DNA from: Alkalispirochaeta sp.
GTDB taxonomy: Bacteria; Spirochaetota; Spirochaetia; DSM-27196; Alkalispirochaetaceae
Assembly: GCA_965242725.1 (NCBI GenBank)
Contig: CBDESZ010000009.1
Location: 12,096 to 76,095, forward strand
DNA: 64,000 nt
Direction: 5' to 3'
Numbering within the stretch: position 1 is the first letter of the stretch; every line of letters starts with the position of its first letter. Under the pieces are notes generated by a model. That model had not been told where the DNA came from and searched no databases. It saw only the letters and a list, made by a program, of their open reading frames with translations. Below are positions 38,649-49,155 of this stretch, piece by piece. Position numbers and translations under genes: made by a program.

Positions 38649-40226
38649 CTATCGGAGAAAGAGGACCGATAGATCCCGGCCGACGGCCGCGGCAATTTGC
38701 ACGGCATTGAGAAAGAGCTCCGCCTCCACCTGCCAACGCTCGTTCTCCCGGACGGTCAGGTCCAGGGCGACCTCTTCAACACGCAACGATGTGGTTACGC
38801 CCGCATCAAGCAGGTCCTCTTCATTCTCCAGTTGCCGTCGCTGGTAGTCGACCTCCACGTCGAGAAGGGCGATCTGTTCCTGCAAAATGCTCCGCTGCAT
38901 CTGCTGTACCCGCAAGGCGTTTGTGGTGCCTACTCGGGCGTCTTCAAGGTCGGCGACTGCACCCTCCCGTGCAATCCGGTCAATCCGTTCCCGTGCCGCC
39001 CGCTCTGAAGCGGTCAGCAGGGGAATACGCATCGTCACGGAGACCATTGTCTGAACATCGCCGTCACCGGAGAAGTAGTCACCGACGGACGCGGCAAGAT
39101 CGTCGGCGTTTTCACGCTGATAGGGATAGAGCGGCGCCAGGGACATGGCGACATCCAGCCGGGGCGTGTCCGTCAGATCGTTGCGTACGCCCTGGGCGTA
39201 GCTCCGTTCCACTTCGATGCGCGCTTGTTGGAGGGATAGATTACCGTCCGCGTCGGGTTCGGTCACCTCCGTCATTACCTCGGAAAGCGTATCGTCGAAG
39301 GACGAAAGATCGTCGTCAAGCGCCCAACCTTCCAGATCCGGCAGTCCGAGGACCCGCGCAAGATCCTGCTCCAACCGCATCGCTTCAAGCTGGAGTGAAA
39401 GAAGAGTCTGCCGCTGCTCGTTCCGTGAAATCCGCAGGGTAAGGACGGCGTTGTCCGACAGGGTTCCCTCTCCCCGATCGAGCTCCGCCGCTTCGATCTG
39501 TCTGTCCAGCACCTCAATGAAACGACCTGTCACCTCTATCCCGCGTCGGGCCGAGGCGTACTGTATGAATTGCCCGAGGGCCAGTTGTATCCGCTCGTTC
39601 TGCCGTTCCGTAATCGACAGCGTTGCCTGTTCAAGAGCCAATTCCGCGTCACGCCGGGCGGCGCGAAAGACCTCCGTCCCGATGAAGGTACCGCCGGCGA
39701 AAAGGGGTTGTGTAAACGAAAGGGTTCCCTCAGGAAGTTGCTCATACTCGACACCGCTGCCGTCATCGGTCGTGGTGAAGTTGTTGGTAATACCGACGGA
39801 GAGGAGACCGCTTGTAGGAAGTGGTTGCCTGAGAGAGGCACCGAGACCAAGGGTGTATGATTCCAGAATCGACGAAGGGTCCCCGGATCCACCCCCGGCG
39901 CCGTCGAATGTTCGCCGCCGAAAATACTCGAGCGGTTTTATGTCAAGTTGCACCTCCGGCAGCGTCGAGAGCTGTACCAGTGCATACCGTTCCGCCGCCT
40001 CCTGTGCACGCCGATCGGCCTGCAGTACGAGGGGGTCCGATTCAACCACTCCGCGAACCACCTCTTTGCCGGATAATACGTGATCCGGCGATTGCGCCGG
40101 TACGGCGACGGCAATACCCATGAGCGCCCCGATCATCGCAGCGCCGACGCCACCTCTTACACCAAAGTTGTCGCTAAACTGAAACACCACGAGTCTCGTC
40201 CTTTCCTGTTCTGCCGGGAAAATCAT
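38649..40226 (-). CDS. TolC-family outer-membrane efflux protein
   Basis: Third gene of an MFP-RND operon; LRQPLPTSG and FTQPLF beta-strand motifs plus long helical segments. Start uncertain, possibly GTG near 40190. Confidence 0.82.
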   Translation of the reverse strand: MIFPAEQERTRLVVFQFSDNFGVRGGVGAAMIGALMGIAVAVPAQSPDHVLSGKEVVRGVVESDPLVLQADRRAQEAAERYALVQLSTLPEVQLDIKPLEYFRRRTFDGAGGGSGDPSSILESYTLGLGASLRQPLPTSGLLSVGITNNFTTTDDGSGVEYEQLPEGTLSFTQPLFAGGTFIGTEVFRAARRDAELALEQATLSITERQNERIQLALGQFIQYASARRGIEVTGRFIEVLDRQIEAAELDRGEGTLSDNAVLTLRISRNEQRQTLLSLQLEAMRLEQDLARVLGLPDLEGWALDDDLSSFDDTLSEVMTEVTEPDADGNLSLQQARIEVERSYAQGVRNDLTDTPRLDVAMSLAPLYPYQRENADDLAASVGDYFSGDGDVQTMVSVTMRIPLLTASERAARERIDRIAREGAVADLEDARVGTTNALRVQQMQRSILQEQIALLDVEVDYQRRQLENEEDLLDAGVTTSLRVEEVALDLTVRENERWQVEAELFLNAVQIAAAVGRDLSVLFLR

Positions 40227-43200
40227 AAAACGTACCGAAGAAACTCGGAACGATAACCAGCGTCGTAAGAGTCGAAAAAATGAGGCCGAATATGATCGTG
40301 CTCGCCATCGGCCCCCACACGACGGATGTCCCGCCCAGTCCGATGGCGGTGGGTATCAAACCGGCGATTGTCGTCACCGATGTGAGGACAATCGGTCGCA
40401 GTCGCGTTGTCGCGGCGTCGATAATGGCGTCGGAAGCGCTCATTCCGCCGTTTCGCCTGTTCTCATTGGCAAAGGTGACCAGAACGATCGTGTCGTTTAC
40501 GGCGATTCCCGCGAGGGCGACGCCTGCGTAAATGACGGTCGTCGACAGGGGCGTTCCCGACACGAAGAGGTAGAGAACCACTCCCACGAAGGCAAAGGGA
40601 ACCGTTATGAGAATGAGCAACGGCTGGGTGTAGGAGTTGAACTGCGTCGCCAGGATAAGGTAAATGAGAAATATGCCGATGACGAACACGCGCAGGATCT
40701 CCTGAAGGGTCTCGGCAATTTCGGCAAACTCACCCCCCACCTCCAGGACTACTCCCGGGTATTCATTGCGAAGCTCGCTGTTGTAGAGCTCATAGATTTC
40801 TTCATTGATCGCGGGAACCCTCGCGGTATCATACGCCTCGGCGGTCACGGTTGCTTCCCGTTTCCCGTCTATGCGCCGGATGGAGGAAAGGATCTCGCCG
40901 CTCTCGAGGGACGCCACGGTACTGAAGGGAATGCGCCGGCCGTCCGCCGTGGGTATCTGGACCTGCTGTATGCGATCTATCGAAATAGGACCGCCATAGC
41001 CGTACCGAACTTCGACGTCGGTCTCTTCGTTTTCCTGAAAAACGGTACCCGTCGGCACACCGTCAAAACGGCCGCGAATATACTGACCAATCGCCCGTGA
41101 GTTGAGTCCGTACTCCGCGGCGCGTCGCTCATCGACCTCGATGCGCAACTCCGGTGTTCCCGCTTCCATGTTGTCGCCGATATTGAGCAGCTCCGGATAG
41201 TCCGCGAGTCGCTCGCGGACACGCTCCGTTACCGCCATGAGGTCGTCAAAATCGTCACCGAAAAAACGGAAGACCACCGGCGGATCCGTGGGCGGACCAT
41301 TCTGCTGTTTCCGGAAGACAACCGAGTCTGTCCCGGGAATGTCCGCCGTTGCATCCCGCGCTTCTCCCATGATCTGCGTGATTGAACGACTTCGACCGGC
41401 GTCCTGCTCGGCGAGATCAACGACGATCTGGGCGACGTTCGACCGGCGGACGTTTTCGTTCTCTCCCCCGACAAATCCGATAAATGAATTGAGGGCGACA
41501 ACTTCACCGTTTCCGACAAGGGGAAGGAGGCGCTCCTCGTACCTGCTGACAAACTCCGCCGTCCGTTCGATGGGTGTACCGGGAGCCATTTCGATTTCGA
41601 TGTAGTACAGTGACGCGTCTTCCGCATCAAAGAGGTTCTGCTGTATCCGTCCGACCTGCGAAAAGACAACCACCATCAGCACCACCGTAGCGATGACGAC
41701 ACCGATCCGTTTGGCGTACAGATAGCCGAGTACGCCCTGAAAGCGACGCTGCAGTGCGGCGAGCTTTTCTCCACGGCGCTCGTCCGACTTCCGCCCTTTT
41801 CGTCTGCCCTTTCCACCGGGCCAGTCTGCATAGTGGGACGGTATGAATACCGCAGCCTCGAAGGTAGACGCGATGAGGGCGATACTCACCGTCAGCGGAA
41901 CGACACGCAGAAATTTTCCGATGATTCCCGGAAGGAAAGTCAGGGGGAGGAAGGCCGCAACCGTTGTAAGCGTCGCCGCAATAACGGGAATGATGACTTG
42001 ATTGACGCCGTTGATCGCGGCGTCGTGCCTGCTCATGCCCTGCTGATACTGAAGACGGTAGCTGTTCTCCACGATAACGATGGCGTGATCGACGATCAGA
42101 CCGAGAACGAGGACAAGACCGAACAGGGTATTGCTGTTCAGCGTTTCTCCGAATGCGTCAAGGACGACAAAGGTCAACGCAAAGGTCAGGGGAATGCCGA
42201 GAGCGGTCATCAGGGCGTTGCGCAATCCGATGAACAGAAGAAGGATCACCACCAGCAGGCCCAATCCCCACAGTGCGTTTGAAACGAGGACGTTCAGGCT
42301 GTCCCGTATTGCAACCGTGGAATCATTGAAATAGGCGACCTCGATTCCCGCAGGGAGCTGTCCCGACAGTCCGTCGACGCGGCGGCGGACCTCTTCAAGT
42401 ATTCCCACTGAACTGCCGCCGGGTACCTTGGTTATTTGGAGACTGATCGCCTGTTTCCCGTTAAAGCGAGCCGCCGTTCCGTCCTGGTCATATCCGAGAA
42501 TGACCGACCCCAGGTCTGAAATGTGAATCGCACCGGATTGGCCCGGACCGCCCTCCCTGACAACCACCGATTCAAACTGTCGTTCCGACTCAAGGGAGCC
42601 GACGGTTCGCAGGAGAAACTCCCGGGAGTTTGTCTTCAAGGTGCCGGCGGGAATTACGACATTCTCATTCTGTACAGCCGAGACGACCTCATTGAGGGAA
42701 ACGTTGGACGCCTCCATGCGGCCGGCGTCGAGGGCGATTGTGATTTGCCGCTCCCGTGACCCGATGAGGTTGACTTCCGACAGGTCCGGTACTGTTTGCA
42801 GCTGATCGGCCACATTTCGGGCCGCTTCATTCAGCTGAGCATATGGAAGATCGCCGTACAGTACAACTTCCACGACGGGAAGAAAGTCATTGGTGGAGAA
42901 ATCATCTATCGTTGCCTGCAGGGTATCATCGGGAAGATCGATATTGGTAAACCTGTTCTGCACCTCCTGAAAACGGGATTCAAACTCGTCGTTCGAGAGC
43001 CCCTGGTCAAACTGGAGGGTCACCCGCGCGAGCCCTTCGGAGGTGATTGACTGGATTTCATTGATATCCTGGAGGCCGCCCATCTCGTTTTCGATCCTGA
43101 CGGTGACGCTCTGTTCGATATCCTCCGCGGATACACCCGGATATGGAACGGTAATGTTCACGTAGTAAAAGGGAATTTCCGCAAACTGCTCCTGCGACAG

Positions 43201-43293
43201 CCTCTGCAAACTGAAGAGGCCGGCAACAAGGATGAGAATTGTCAGGATATTTATCAACACCGGGTTACGGACGGAAAATGAACCGAGCGTCAC
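40174..43293 (-). CDS. RND efflux permease (AcrB/AcrD/AcrF family)
   Basis: YPGVSAEDIE, GLIVDHAIVIVEN, GIAVNDTIVL, RLRPIVLTS; 1039 aa. Confidence 0.96.
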   Translation of the reverse strand: MTLGSFSVRNPVLINILTILILVAGLFSLQRLSQEQFAEIPFYYVNITVPYPGVSAEDIEQSVTVRIENEMGGLQDINEIQSITSEGLARVTLQFDQGLSNDEFESRFQEVQNRFTNIDLPDDTLQATIDDFSTNDFLPVVEVVLYGDLPYAQLNEAARNVADQLQTVPDLSEVNLIGSRERQITIALDAGRMEASNVSLNEVVSAVQNENVVIPAGTLKTNSREFLLRTVGSLESERQFESVVVREGGPGQSGAIHISDLGSVILGYDQDGTAARFNGKQAISLQITKVPGGSSVGILEEVRRRVDGLSGQLPAGIEVAYFNDSTVAIRDSLNVLVSNALWGLGLLVVILLLFIGLRNALMTALGIPLTFALTFVVLDAFGETLNSNTLFGLVLVLGLIVDHAIVIVENSYRLQYQQGMSRHDAAINGVNQVIIPVIAATLTTVAAFLPLTFLPGIIGKFLRVVPLTVSIALIASTFEAAVFIPSHYADWPGGKGRRKGRKSDERRGEKLAALQRRFQGVLGYLYAKRIGVVIATVVLMVVVFSQVGRIQQNLFDAEDASLYYIEIEMAPGTPIERTAEFVSRYEERLLPLVGNGEVVALNSFIGFVGGENENVRRSNVAQIVVDLAEQDAGRSRSITQIMGEARDATADIPGTDSVVFRKQQNGPPTDPPVVFRFFGDDFDDLMAVTERVRERLADYPELLNIGDNMEAGTPELRIEVDERRAAEYGLNSRAIGQYIRGRFDGVPTGTVFQENEETDVEVRYGYGGPISIDRIQQVQIPTADGRRIPFSTVASLESGEILSSIRRIDGKREATVTAEAYDTARVPAINEEIYELYNSELRNEYPGVVLEVGGEFAEIAETLQEILRVFVIGIFLIYLILATQFNSYTQPLLILITVPFAFVGVVLYLFVSGTPLSTTVIYAGVALAGIAVNDTIVLVTFANENRRNGGMSASDAIIDAATTRLRPIVLTSVTTIAGLIPTAIGLGGTSVVWGPMASTIIFGLIFSTLTTLVIVPSFFGTFYDFPGRTGKDETRGVSV

Positions 43294-44441
43294 AGAATGT
43301 CTCCAGTGGATCCGCGGACAACGGCGTTGACCCGCCGTCCGTCGGTCAATGAGGAAATGGCCGTGACGGCGATGACATCGCCCTCTTCAAGGCCCGCCAG
43401 GACTTCCACCCTGTCGCCCATACGCCGACCGGTCTCTATAATCTGCTTTTTCACCGTCTCACCGCTGACCACCCAGACAAAAAGACCGTCGCCGCCGTCA
43501 CCGATCGCGGAACCGGGTACGAGTAACGCCGCAAGGTCATTTTGAACGGAAATGGAGGCCACCGCGCTCATTCCCGAGCGCAGCTTGTCGCAACGGTTTT
43601 CCCATCGGATCACGACGGCGAAACTGCCCGTCCTGGCATCGGCCCCCGCCGCTATGGCGTGCACCACCGCGGGTGTCGTGTCGGTTCCACACGCCGGCAT
43701 CGCGATCTCCACCTGCGCCCCCGGTTCCACCATTCCGATCTCAGCTTCTCCGAGACCCACCTCGAGTTCCACCGTCTCGAGGTTGACAATGTGGGCAACG
43801 ACGGCTCCCCGGGTTATGTAGTTTCCCCGACCGATCCCCCCTTCCCGCACGGCGATCCGTCCTGAAATCGGCGCCCTGATGAAATGATCCTGGTACTCCT
43901 TCTCGGCGGCACGCTGTCTCGTCCGGGCACCGTCCGCCGCGCTGCGGGCGCGTATCAGTTCCGACTGGGAGGCACTTCCGTTTTCATAGCGTCGTTGGAC
44001 AGCCGCGAGATCTATTTCGGCACTTTCAAGGAGCTTCCGCGCCTCTTCCAGCCGGAGTGCCGCCAGGGTCGGATCAACCTCCAGCAGAATTGACCCCTCG
44101 CCGATCGTCTCGCCAAGTTCAAAGGGCGCCGAACGAATCGTCCCTTCAACTTCGGATACGACGCGCACCTCCTGTGCGCCCCGGACACGTCCGGAAGCTT
44201 CCACCGACCCGACGAGCCGTCCCCGGGTCACCGTCACTGCGTCAACGGCAAGTGCCGGCCGCTGAGTTTCCATCCCTCTCGCGGATTCCTCCGGTCCGGA
44301 AGAGGCTCCGTCACTCCCCGCTTCCGCCGCGGCGTCCCAGGGGCCCGAAGCCGCGCTCGTTCCATCGTCGTTCCCGGTACACGAGACGAGCAGGAGTCCG
44401 ACCACCGATATCACCACGGCTGCACGCAAATGAACCATCAA
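43290..44441 (-). CDS. RND periplasmic adaptor (MFP) lipoprotein
   Basis: Lipobox LVSC, IRAPISG, LRSGMSA, GLEEGD. Confidence 0.92.
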   Translation of the reverse strand: MMVHLRAAVVISVVGLLLVSCTGNDDGTSAASGPWDAAAEAGSDGASSGPEESARGMETQRPALAVDAVTVTRGRLVGSVEASGRVRGAQEVRVVSEVEGTIRSAPFELGETIGEGSILLEVDPTLAALRLEEARKLLESAEIDLAAVQRRYENGSASQSELIRARSAADGARTRQRAAEKEYQDHFIRAPISGRIAVREGGIGRGNYITRGAVVAHIVNLETVELEVGLGEAEIGMVEPGAQVEIAMPACGTDTTPAVVHAIAAGADARTGSFAVVIRWENRCDKLRSGMSAVASISVQNDLAALLVPGSAIGDGGDGLFVWVVSGETVKKQIIETGRRMGDRVEVLAGLEEGDVIAVTAISSLTDGRRVNAVVRGSTGDIL

Positions 44442-44455
44442 TACCTCCGCATGGG

Positions 44456-44505
44456 AAAGTACGAACCCCCGGGAGGAGAGTCAATAATTTACCGACCGGT
44501 CGTTA
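44456..44505 (-). promoter_or_regulatory. Sigma70 promoter of the efflux operon with adjacent palindromic operator
   Basis: TTGACT(44484-44479)-17bp-TACTTT(44461-44456); near-perfect palindrome TACCGACCGGTCGTTA at 44490-44505. Confidence 0.6.
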
Positions 44506-45090
44506 GTTTTTTTGAGGTCTGCTGCAGAAGCACGTTTCGGAATCGGTCACGACGATCTGAACGGAACGGTCCTCCGGTCCCGCGGGTACGGATGGATGGA
44601 ATTGAACTGCGTAACATACACCGACCACCGCGAGGGCGTTTGTATTTCCGGACAGATAGCGATCGTAGTAGGCTCCCCCGCGACCGACGCGGCGCCCGGC
44701 GCGGTCAAATGCCCGTCCGGGAACGATGAGTATCGCTCCGGAAAGATCCTCAATCACCGGCTCATCATCCAGAGGCTGGAGGAATCCGAGGGGATGGCTT
44801 TCCAGCGCCCGGGGATAGCGGGAGGCGCGACGCATGACCATCCGCCCATCGTGAATGTACGGGAGGGCGATCGTTTTTCCCGCCCGGGATGCGGCTCTCA
44901 GAACGGCCTGAACGTCGACCTCATCGTCCATCGCCATATATCCGACTACGATACTCGCGTCGTCCCAGTAGGAAAGGTGAGTGACCTGCGTCGCGATATG
45001 TGCGTCGGCAACGATTCGCTCTTCCGCCGTCATGTTGCCGATGTTTCGCTCCGCTTCCTGTCGAAGTTTCTTTTTCTCGTTCACCATCAT
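44503..45090 (-). CDS. 5-formyltetrahydrofolate cyclo-ligase
   Basis: YMAMDDEVD, ALP, IVPGRAFDRAGRRVGRGGAYYDRYL. Confidence 0.93.
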   Translation of the reverse strand: MMVNEKKKLRQEAERNIGNMTAEERIVADAHIATQVTHLSYWDDASIVVGYMAMDDEVDVQAVLRAASRAGKTIALPYIHDGRMVMRRASRYPRALESHPLGFLQPLDDEPVIEDLSGAILIVPGRAFDRAGRRVGRGGAYYDRYLSGNTNALAVVGVCYAVQFHPSVPAGPEDRSVQIVVTDSETCFCSRPQKN

Positions 45091-45099
45091 ATTTCAAAT

Positions 45100-45131
45100 A
45101 AAAAAAGGGACCCCGTCAATGACGGCGTCCC
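45100..45131 (-). terminator. Intrinsic terminator after the lipoprotein gene
   Basis: GGGAC.CCGTC/GACGG.GTCCC stem followed by T7 on the minus strand. Confidence 0.8.
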
Positions 45132-45156
45132 CTGAGATTCAGATTTCTTCCCGGTA

Positions 45157-45747
45157 TCAGTTGTTCACGTTACCCGCGCGGGTCGGGCTGTTCTGCATTT
45201 GACTGTCCAGCATATCCAGCGCCTGTTGTGCCTTGAACTCCGCAAATGCCGCGTCCTCGTTCCGTTGAAATGCCTGCGCCGAAGCTTCAAGGAAATTGTT
45301 CTTCGGGAAACTTACCAGGACATAGACCGTACCGTCCTGGGCGACATAGGCATTCTCCTGTCGCGTTCCCTGCAGCGTCGTTTCCGTGGTCTGCCGCGAA
45401 ATGGTTTCGACAAAACTGATGACCTGATTATTGTCGTCCACCCCCGCCTCCTGGGCGTAATCGATGATGGCCGCTTCAATCTGGGCATTCATTTGAAAGG
45501 CGATGTCATTGCGGGCCCGTGACGTTGCGACGTTCCGCGACCTGGCGAGGTCGGACATTTTTGCCGTACCGATGCCGTAAATCGCGTCATCAGCCTGCGG
45601 TGGATTCAGGAACCAATCGGGAGCGTCGATGGACGCACCGGTATCGGGTTTCGGAGCGGGAGCCGGTTCCGGCTGCGACGCACATCCAACAATGAAGAAT
45701 ACGACCAATACCGCCAGGGCGATGTGTCGTATAGTTTTAACGTTCAT
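45157..45747 (-). CDS. LPP20-like lipoprotein
   Basis: Lipobox IVGC, PDWFLNPP, IYGIG, ATSRARNDIA; strong GAGGAGG SD. Confidence 0.8.
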   Translation of the reverse strand: MNVKTIRHIALAVLVVFFIVGCASQPEPAPAPKPDTGASIDAPDWFLNPPQADDAIYGIGTAKMSDLARSRNVATSRARNDIAFQMNAQIEAAIIDYAQEAGVDDNNQVISFVETISRQTTETTLQGTRQENAYVAQDGTVYVLVSFPKNNFLEASAQAFQRNEDAAFAEFKAQQALDMLDSQMQNSPTRAGNVNN

Positions 45748-45948
45748 ACTTCCTCCTCAAACGAGTGATCATTGTCTCAGGAGAGTATAAACCGCCGTCC
45801 CCACCTTTTCCACATAGTGTGAAAAATTTTCGTCGTGATATTTTGACCTATTTTTATATTTACAATAAAAGATTTATTCACTTTTATAATCATATACCGG
45901 AACAAAAAGCCTCTTTCTTTGTGGGAAAGGGTGTACTATCATGTCCCT

Positions 45949-48204
45949 ATGCGTGATTTTGACGGGGTTGCACTGCTCCATGCCGTCTCGGACCTTTCCC
46001 AGCTGCTGGGTCGGGGCAACACGATCGATGAGTTCCTCGCCAACGTCGTACATGCCCTCAAGGAACACATGAACGCCGACGTCTGCTCGGTCTACCTCTA
46101 CGACGTGGAACAGGATGAACTCGTGTTGCGCGCCACCGAAGGCCTCAACCGCCACATGGTGGGGACTCTCCGTCTTGCCGCCGGAGAGGGACTGACGGGA
46201 TACGCCTTTCAGCAGAACCAGCCGGTCATCACGCAGGACTCGACGACGGCGCCGCAGAACAAGTCGATTCCCGACTCGGGTGAAGAACAGTTTCCCGCAT
46301 TCATAGGCGTCCCCATTAAACGGAACGATCTGGGAATCGGCGTTCTCACCGTCCAATATCGGGACCCCCGCCAACTTGACGACACGGTCATTCGCTCCCT
46401 CCGTACCCTTGCGTCCCACCTCGCGACGACCCTTGAAAACGCCGCCGCCCTGTACGAACTGCACGAACGGGAACAGCCGTTATTCACGGCGCCGTCGGGC
46501 CATTTTGACCACGGGCTGATTCAGGGAACAAGCGCTTCCCGGGGTATCGCCGTGGGTCGCCTTGAATACATCGATACCCGGCGGGGCAACAGCGGCGGCG
46601 AGGCTATACGCACCCTGCCGGAGGCGATCGCCCTGAGTACGCAGCAGCTTCAGGAGTTGCAGCGCCAGGTTGACCAGACGCTCTCAGACGTGGCGGCGAT
46701 GATTTTCAGCTCACACCTCCTCATGTTGAGCGATGAAAGCTTTGTAGGAGAAATGGTGGCGCGCAACAACGCGGGAGTTCCTCCGATTCAGGCGGTTCAG
46801 GAGGTGGTGGACTTTTTTTCGCAACGTTTTCTCTCCATTCCGGACCCGCGGTTTCAGGAAAAGGCCCAGGACGTTCAGGACCTGGGCAACAGGATCATTC
46901 ATAACATTGAAGAGTTTGACGCCCATGAAGGTGATTATCAGGGGCGAATCGTCGCTGCCCATGAGATCTTTCCCTCGGAACTGGTGAAACTGCACCTTCA
47001 ACGTGTTGAAGGTATCGTTTTTTCCGGCGGCGGAACGACGAGCCACGTCGCCATACTCGCCCAGAGTCTGGACCTGCCCCTGGTGACGACGGGCGATCCC
47101 CGGCTCTTTTCCATTCCCATCGGCACGGAAATCGTCGTCGACGCGGAGGAAGGCAAGGTCATCGTCGGTCCTCCCGAGGATGTAAAATCGGTATACACAC
47201 GACGGATATACGCAAAACGGGCGCATGTCGTCGAGGAGGAATACCGCATTCCCGAGTCCCTTCGCACCGCCGACGACGTGACCATTGATCTCATGGCAAA
47301 CGTCAATCTCGTGAAGGACGCCGTGACGGCGGGACAGACCGGTGTACACGGAATCGGATTGTACCGCAGCGAGATCCCCTTTCTCATCCGCAACGGTTTT
47401 CCGACGGAAGAGGAACAGCTGGCGATCTATTCCCGCATCGTCGACGCCGTCCCGTCACGACCCGTCCGTTTCAGAACGCTGGACCTGGGAGGAGACAAGC
47501 TGTTGAGTTCGCAGGTGGGGCGGGAGGACAACCCCTTCCTCGGCTATCGGGGAACCCGCTTCCTTCTCGGCCATCGGAATATCATGCGGGACCAGGTGCG
47601 GGCGATGCTCCGCGCAGGGGCACATCACCAAATTGGCATCCAGTTTCCCATGATCGGGAGTCTCGACGAGTTTCTTACGGCCCGTGAGGTCGTTGCATCG
47701 TGCATCGACGAACTCCGTTCAGAGGGAATTCCCTGCAATACCCGTCCCGCCCTCGGCGTGATGATCGAGTTGCCGTCGGCGATAGAAATCGCACCGGAAC
47801 TGGCCGCCGAGGCTGACTTTTTTTCAATCGGTACAAACGATCTCATTATGTACCTGCTCGCGGCCGACCGGACCAATCACCGCGTCGCCGACATCTATCG
47901 CCCCATCCACCCATCGTTGCTTCGCGGAGTGCATCGAGTCGTCCGCGCGGCGAACGGGGCGGGTATACCCGTATCCGTCTGTGGAGCGACGGCGGCCGAT
48001 CCGGTGATGATCACCTTCTATCTCGGTATCGGCATCACGAAATTCAGTGTCGATATAGAACATGTCCGGGACGTTTCCCGCTATGTGAGTCTCCAATCGG
48101 TGGCAAAAGCGCAGGAAACGGCGAGCCGCATGCTCGCCACCGCCTCAAGGGACCACCTTGCGGAAATCAGCAGGACGATCGTCGCGCCACGGGAGAGCGT
48201 ATAG
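45949..48204 (+). CDS. ptsP: GAF-domain PEP-protein phosphotransferase (Enzyme I-Ntr)
   Basis: N-terminal GAF (DVCSVYL, LRATEGL, GEGLTG), SHVAILA (phospho-His), GIGLYRSE, RTLDLGGDK, SIGTNDL. Start moved to ATG 45949. Confidence 0.93.
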   Translation: MRDFDGVALLHAVSDLSQLLGRGNTIDEFLANVVHALKEHMNADVCSVYLYDVEQDELVLRATEGLNRHMVGTLRLAAGEGLTGYAFQQNQPVITQDSTTAPQNKSIPDSGEEQFPAFIGVPIKRNDLGIGVLTVQYRDPRQLDDTVIRSLRTLASHLATTLENAAALYELHEREQPLFTAPSGHFDHGLIQGTSASRGIAVGRLEYIDTRRGNSGGEAIRTLPEAIALSTQQLQELQRQVDQTLSDVAAMIFSSHLLMLSDESFVGEMVARNNAGVPPIQAVQEVVDFFSQRFLSIPDPRFQEKAQDVQDLGNRIIHNIEEFDAHEGDYQGRIVAAHEIFPSELVKLHLQRVEGIVFSGGGTTSHVAILAQSLDLPLVTTGDPRLFSIPIGTEIVVDAEEGKVIVGPPEDVKSVYTRRIYAKRAHVVEEEYRIPESLRTADDVTIDLMANVNLVKDAVTAGQTGVHGIGLYRSEIPFLIRNGFPTEEEQLAIYSRIVDAVPSRPVRFRTLDLGGDKLLSSQVGREDNPFLGYRGTRFLLGHRNIMRDQVRAMLRAGAHHQIGIQFPMIGSLDEFLTAREVVASCIDELRSEGIPCNTRPALGVMIELPSAIEIAPELAAEADFFSIGTNDLIMYLLAADRTNHRVADIYRPIHPSLLRGVHRVVRAANGAGIPVSVCGATAADPVMITFYLGIGITKFSVDIEHVRDVSRYVSLQSVAKAQETASRMLATASRDHLAEISRTIVAPRESV

Positions 48205-48225
48205 GCCGTCCCCGCTCCGACTCTT

Positions 48226-49143
48226 TCAGGACGCCATGCCGGGGGAAGGCGTTTGCGCCGCATAGGCGGCAAGGGCGATGGAGAGCGCCTTTGCGTCCCG
48301 GGAATCGGCGCGACTCGTCAGGACGATCGGGGCTCGCGCTCCCACGATGACACCGGCGTTCCGGGAAGGCGACAGAAACGCCAGCGCCTTGTAGAGGATA
48401 TTGCCGCTCTCGATCTGCGGTACCAGAAGGATGTCCGCCTCACCCGCAACGGGTGACTCGATCCCTTTGGTCCGGGCCGCCTCACGTGAAACGGCATTAT
48501 CCAGGGCAAAGGGACCGTCGACGATGCAGCCCGTCACCTCACCCCGACGCGCTTCATCCCGCAGTGCCGCCGCATCAACAGTGGCAGGCATCTTTTCATT
48601 GACCTTTTCCTTTGCCGCCAGGACGGCAACCTTCGGTTCGGCATATCCGATGCGGTGAAAAAAGGAGACGGCGTTGCGTAATATCTCCCGCTTCGTCGCA
48701 AGGTCGGGAGCGATATTCATCGCCGCGTCGGTGACCGCTATCGGGCGCGGAAACCCTTCAATCTCAAAAATGGCGAGATGGCTCAGGACCCCCTCTCCCC
48801 GCAAACCATGGTCCCTGTCCAGGACGGCCCGCAGGAGCACCGATGTGTCGACGAGCCCTTTCATGACCATCGCGGCATCGCCGTCTGCAACCATGGCAAC
48901 GGCGGTACGCGCCGCTCTCTCCGCATCGGGTACATCGATGATTTCCGCCGTGGACAGATCCAGCCCGAGCCGTTCCGCGCATGCACGGATTGAGTCCGCA
49001 TTTCCGACAAGCCTGGGTATCACCGTCCCCTTTTCTGCGGCGGACATAACCGCGCTGAGGACATCTTCCTCCTCGGCTGCAGCGACCGCCATGGGAACCG
49101 GCGCGGTAAAGGGCCTTTCGAGATTCTGAAATGAAAACGCCAT
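48226..49143 (-). CDS. ptb: Phosphate butyryltransferase / branched-chain phosphotransacylase
   Basis: MKGLVDT, TDAAMNIAP, DGPFALDNA, GNILYK, PIVLTSRAD. Confidence 0.92.
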   Translation of the reverse strand: MAFSFQNLERPFTAPVPMAVAAAEEEDVLSAVMSAAEKGTVIPRLVGNADSIRACAERLGLDLSTAEIIDVPDAERAARTAVAMVADGDAAMVMKGLVDTSVLLRAVLDRDHGLRGEGVLSHLAIFEIEGFPRPIAVTDAAMNIAPDLATKREILRNAVSFFHRIGYAEPKVAVLAAKEKVNEKMPATVDAAALRDEARRGEVTGCIVDGPFALDNAVSREAARTKGIESPVAGEADILLVPQIESGNILYKALAFLSPSRNAGVIVGARAPIVLTSRADSRDAKALSIALAAYAAQTPSPGMAS

Positions 49144-49155
49144 CTTCCGAAACTC

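Noticed and set aside
45091..45156. 6S RNA upstream of the 5-formyl-THF cyclo-ligase gene, a common linkage
   Set aside because: Only about 66 bp are available, and the interval is explained by a terminator hairpin.
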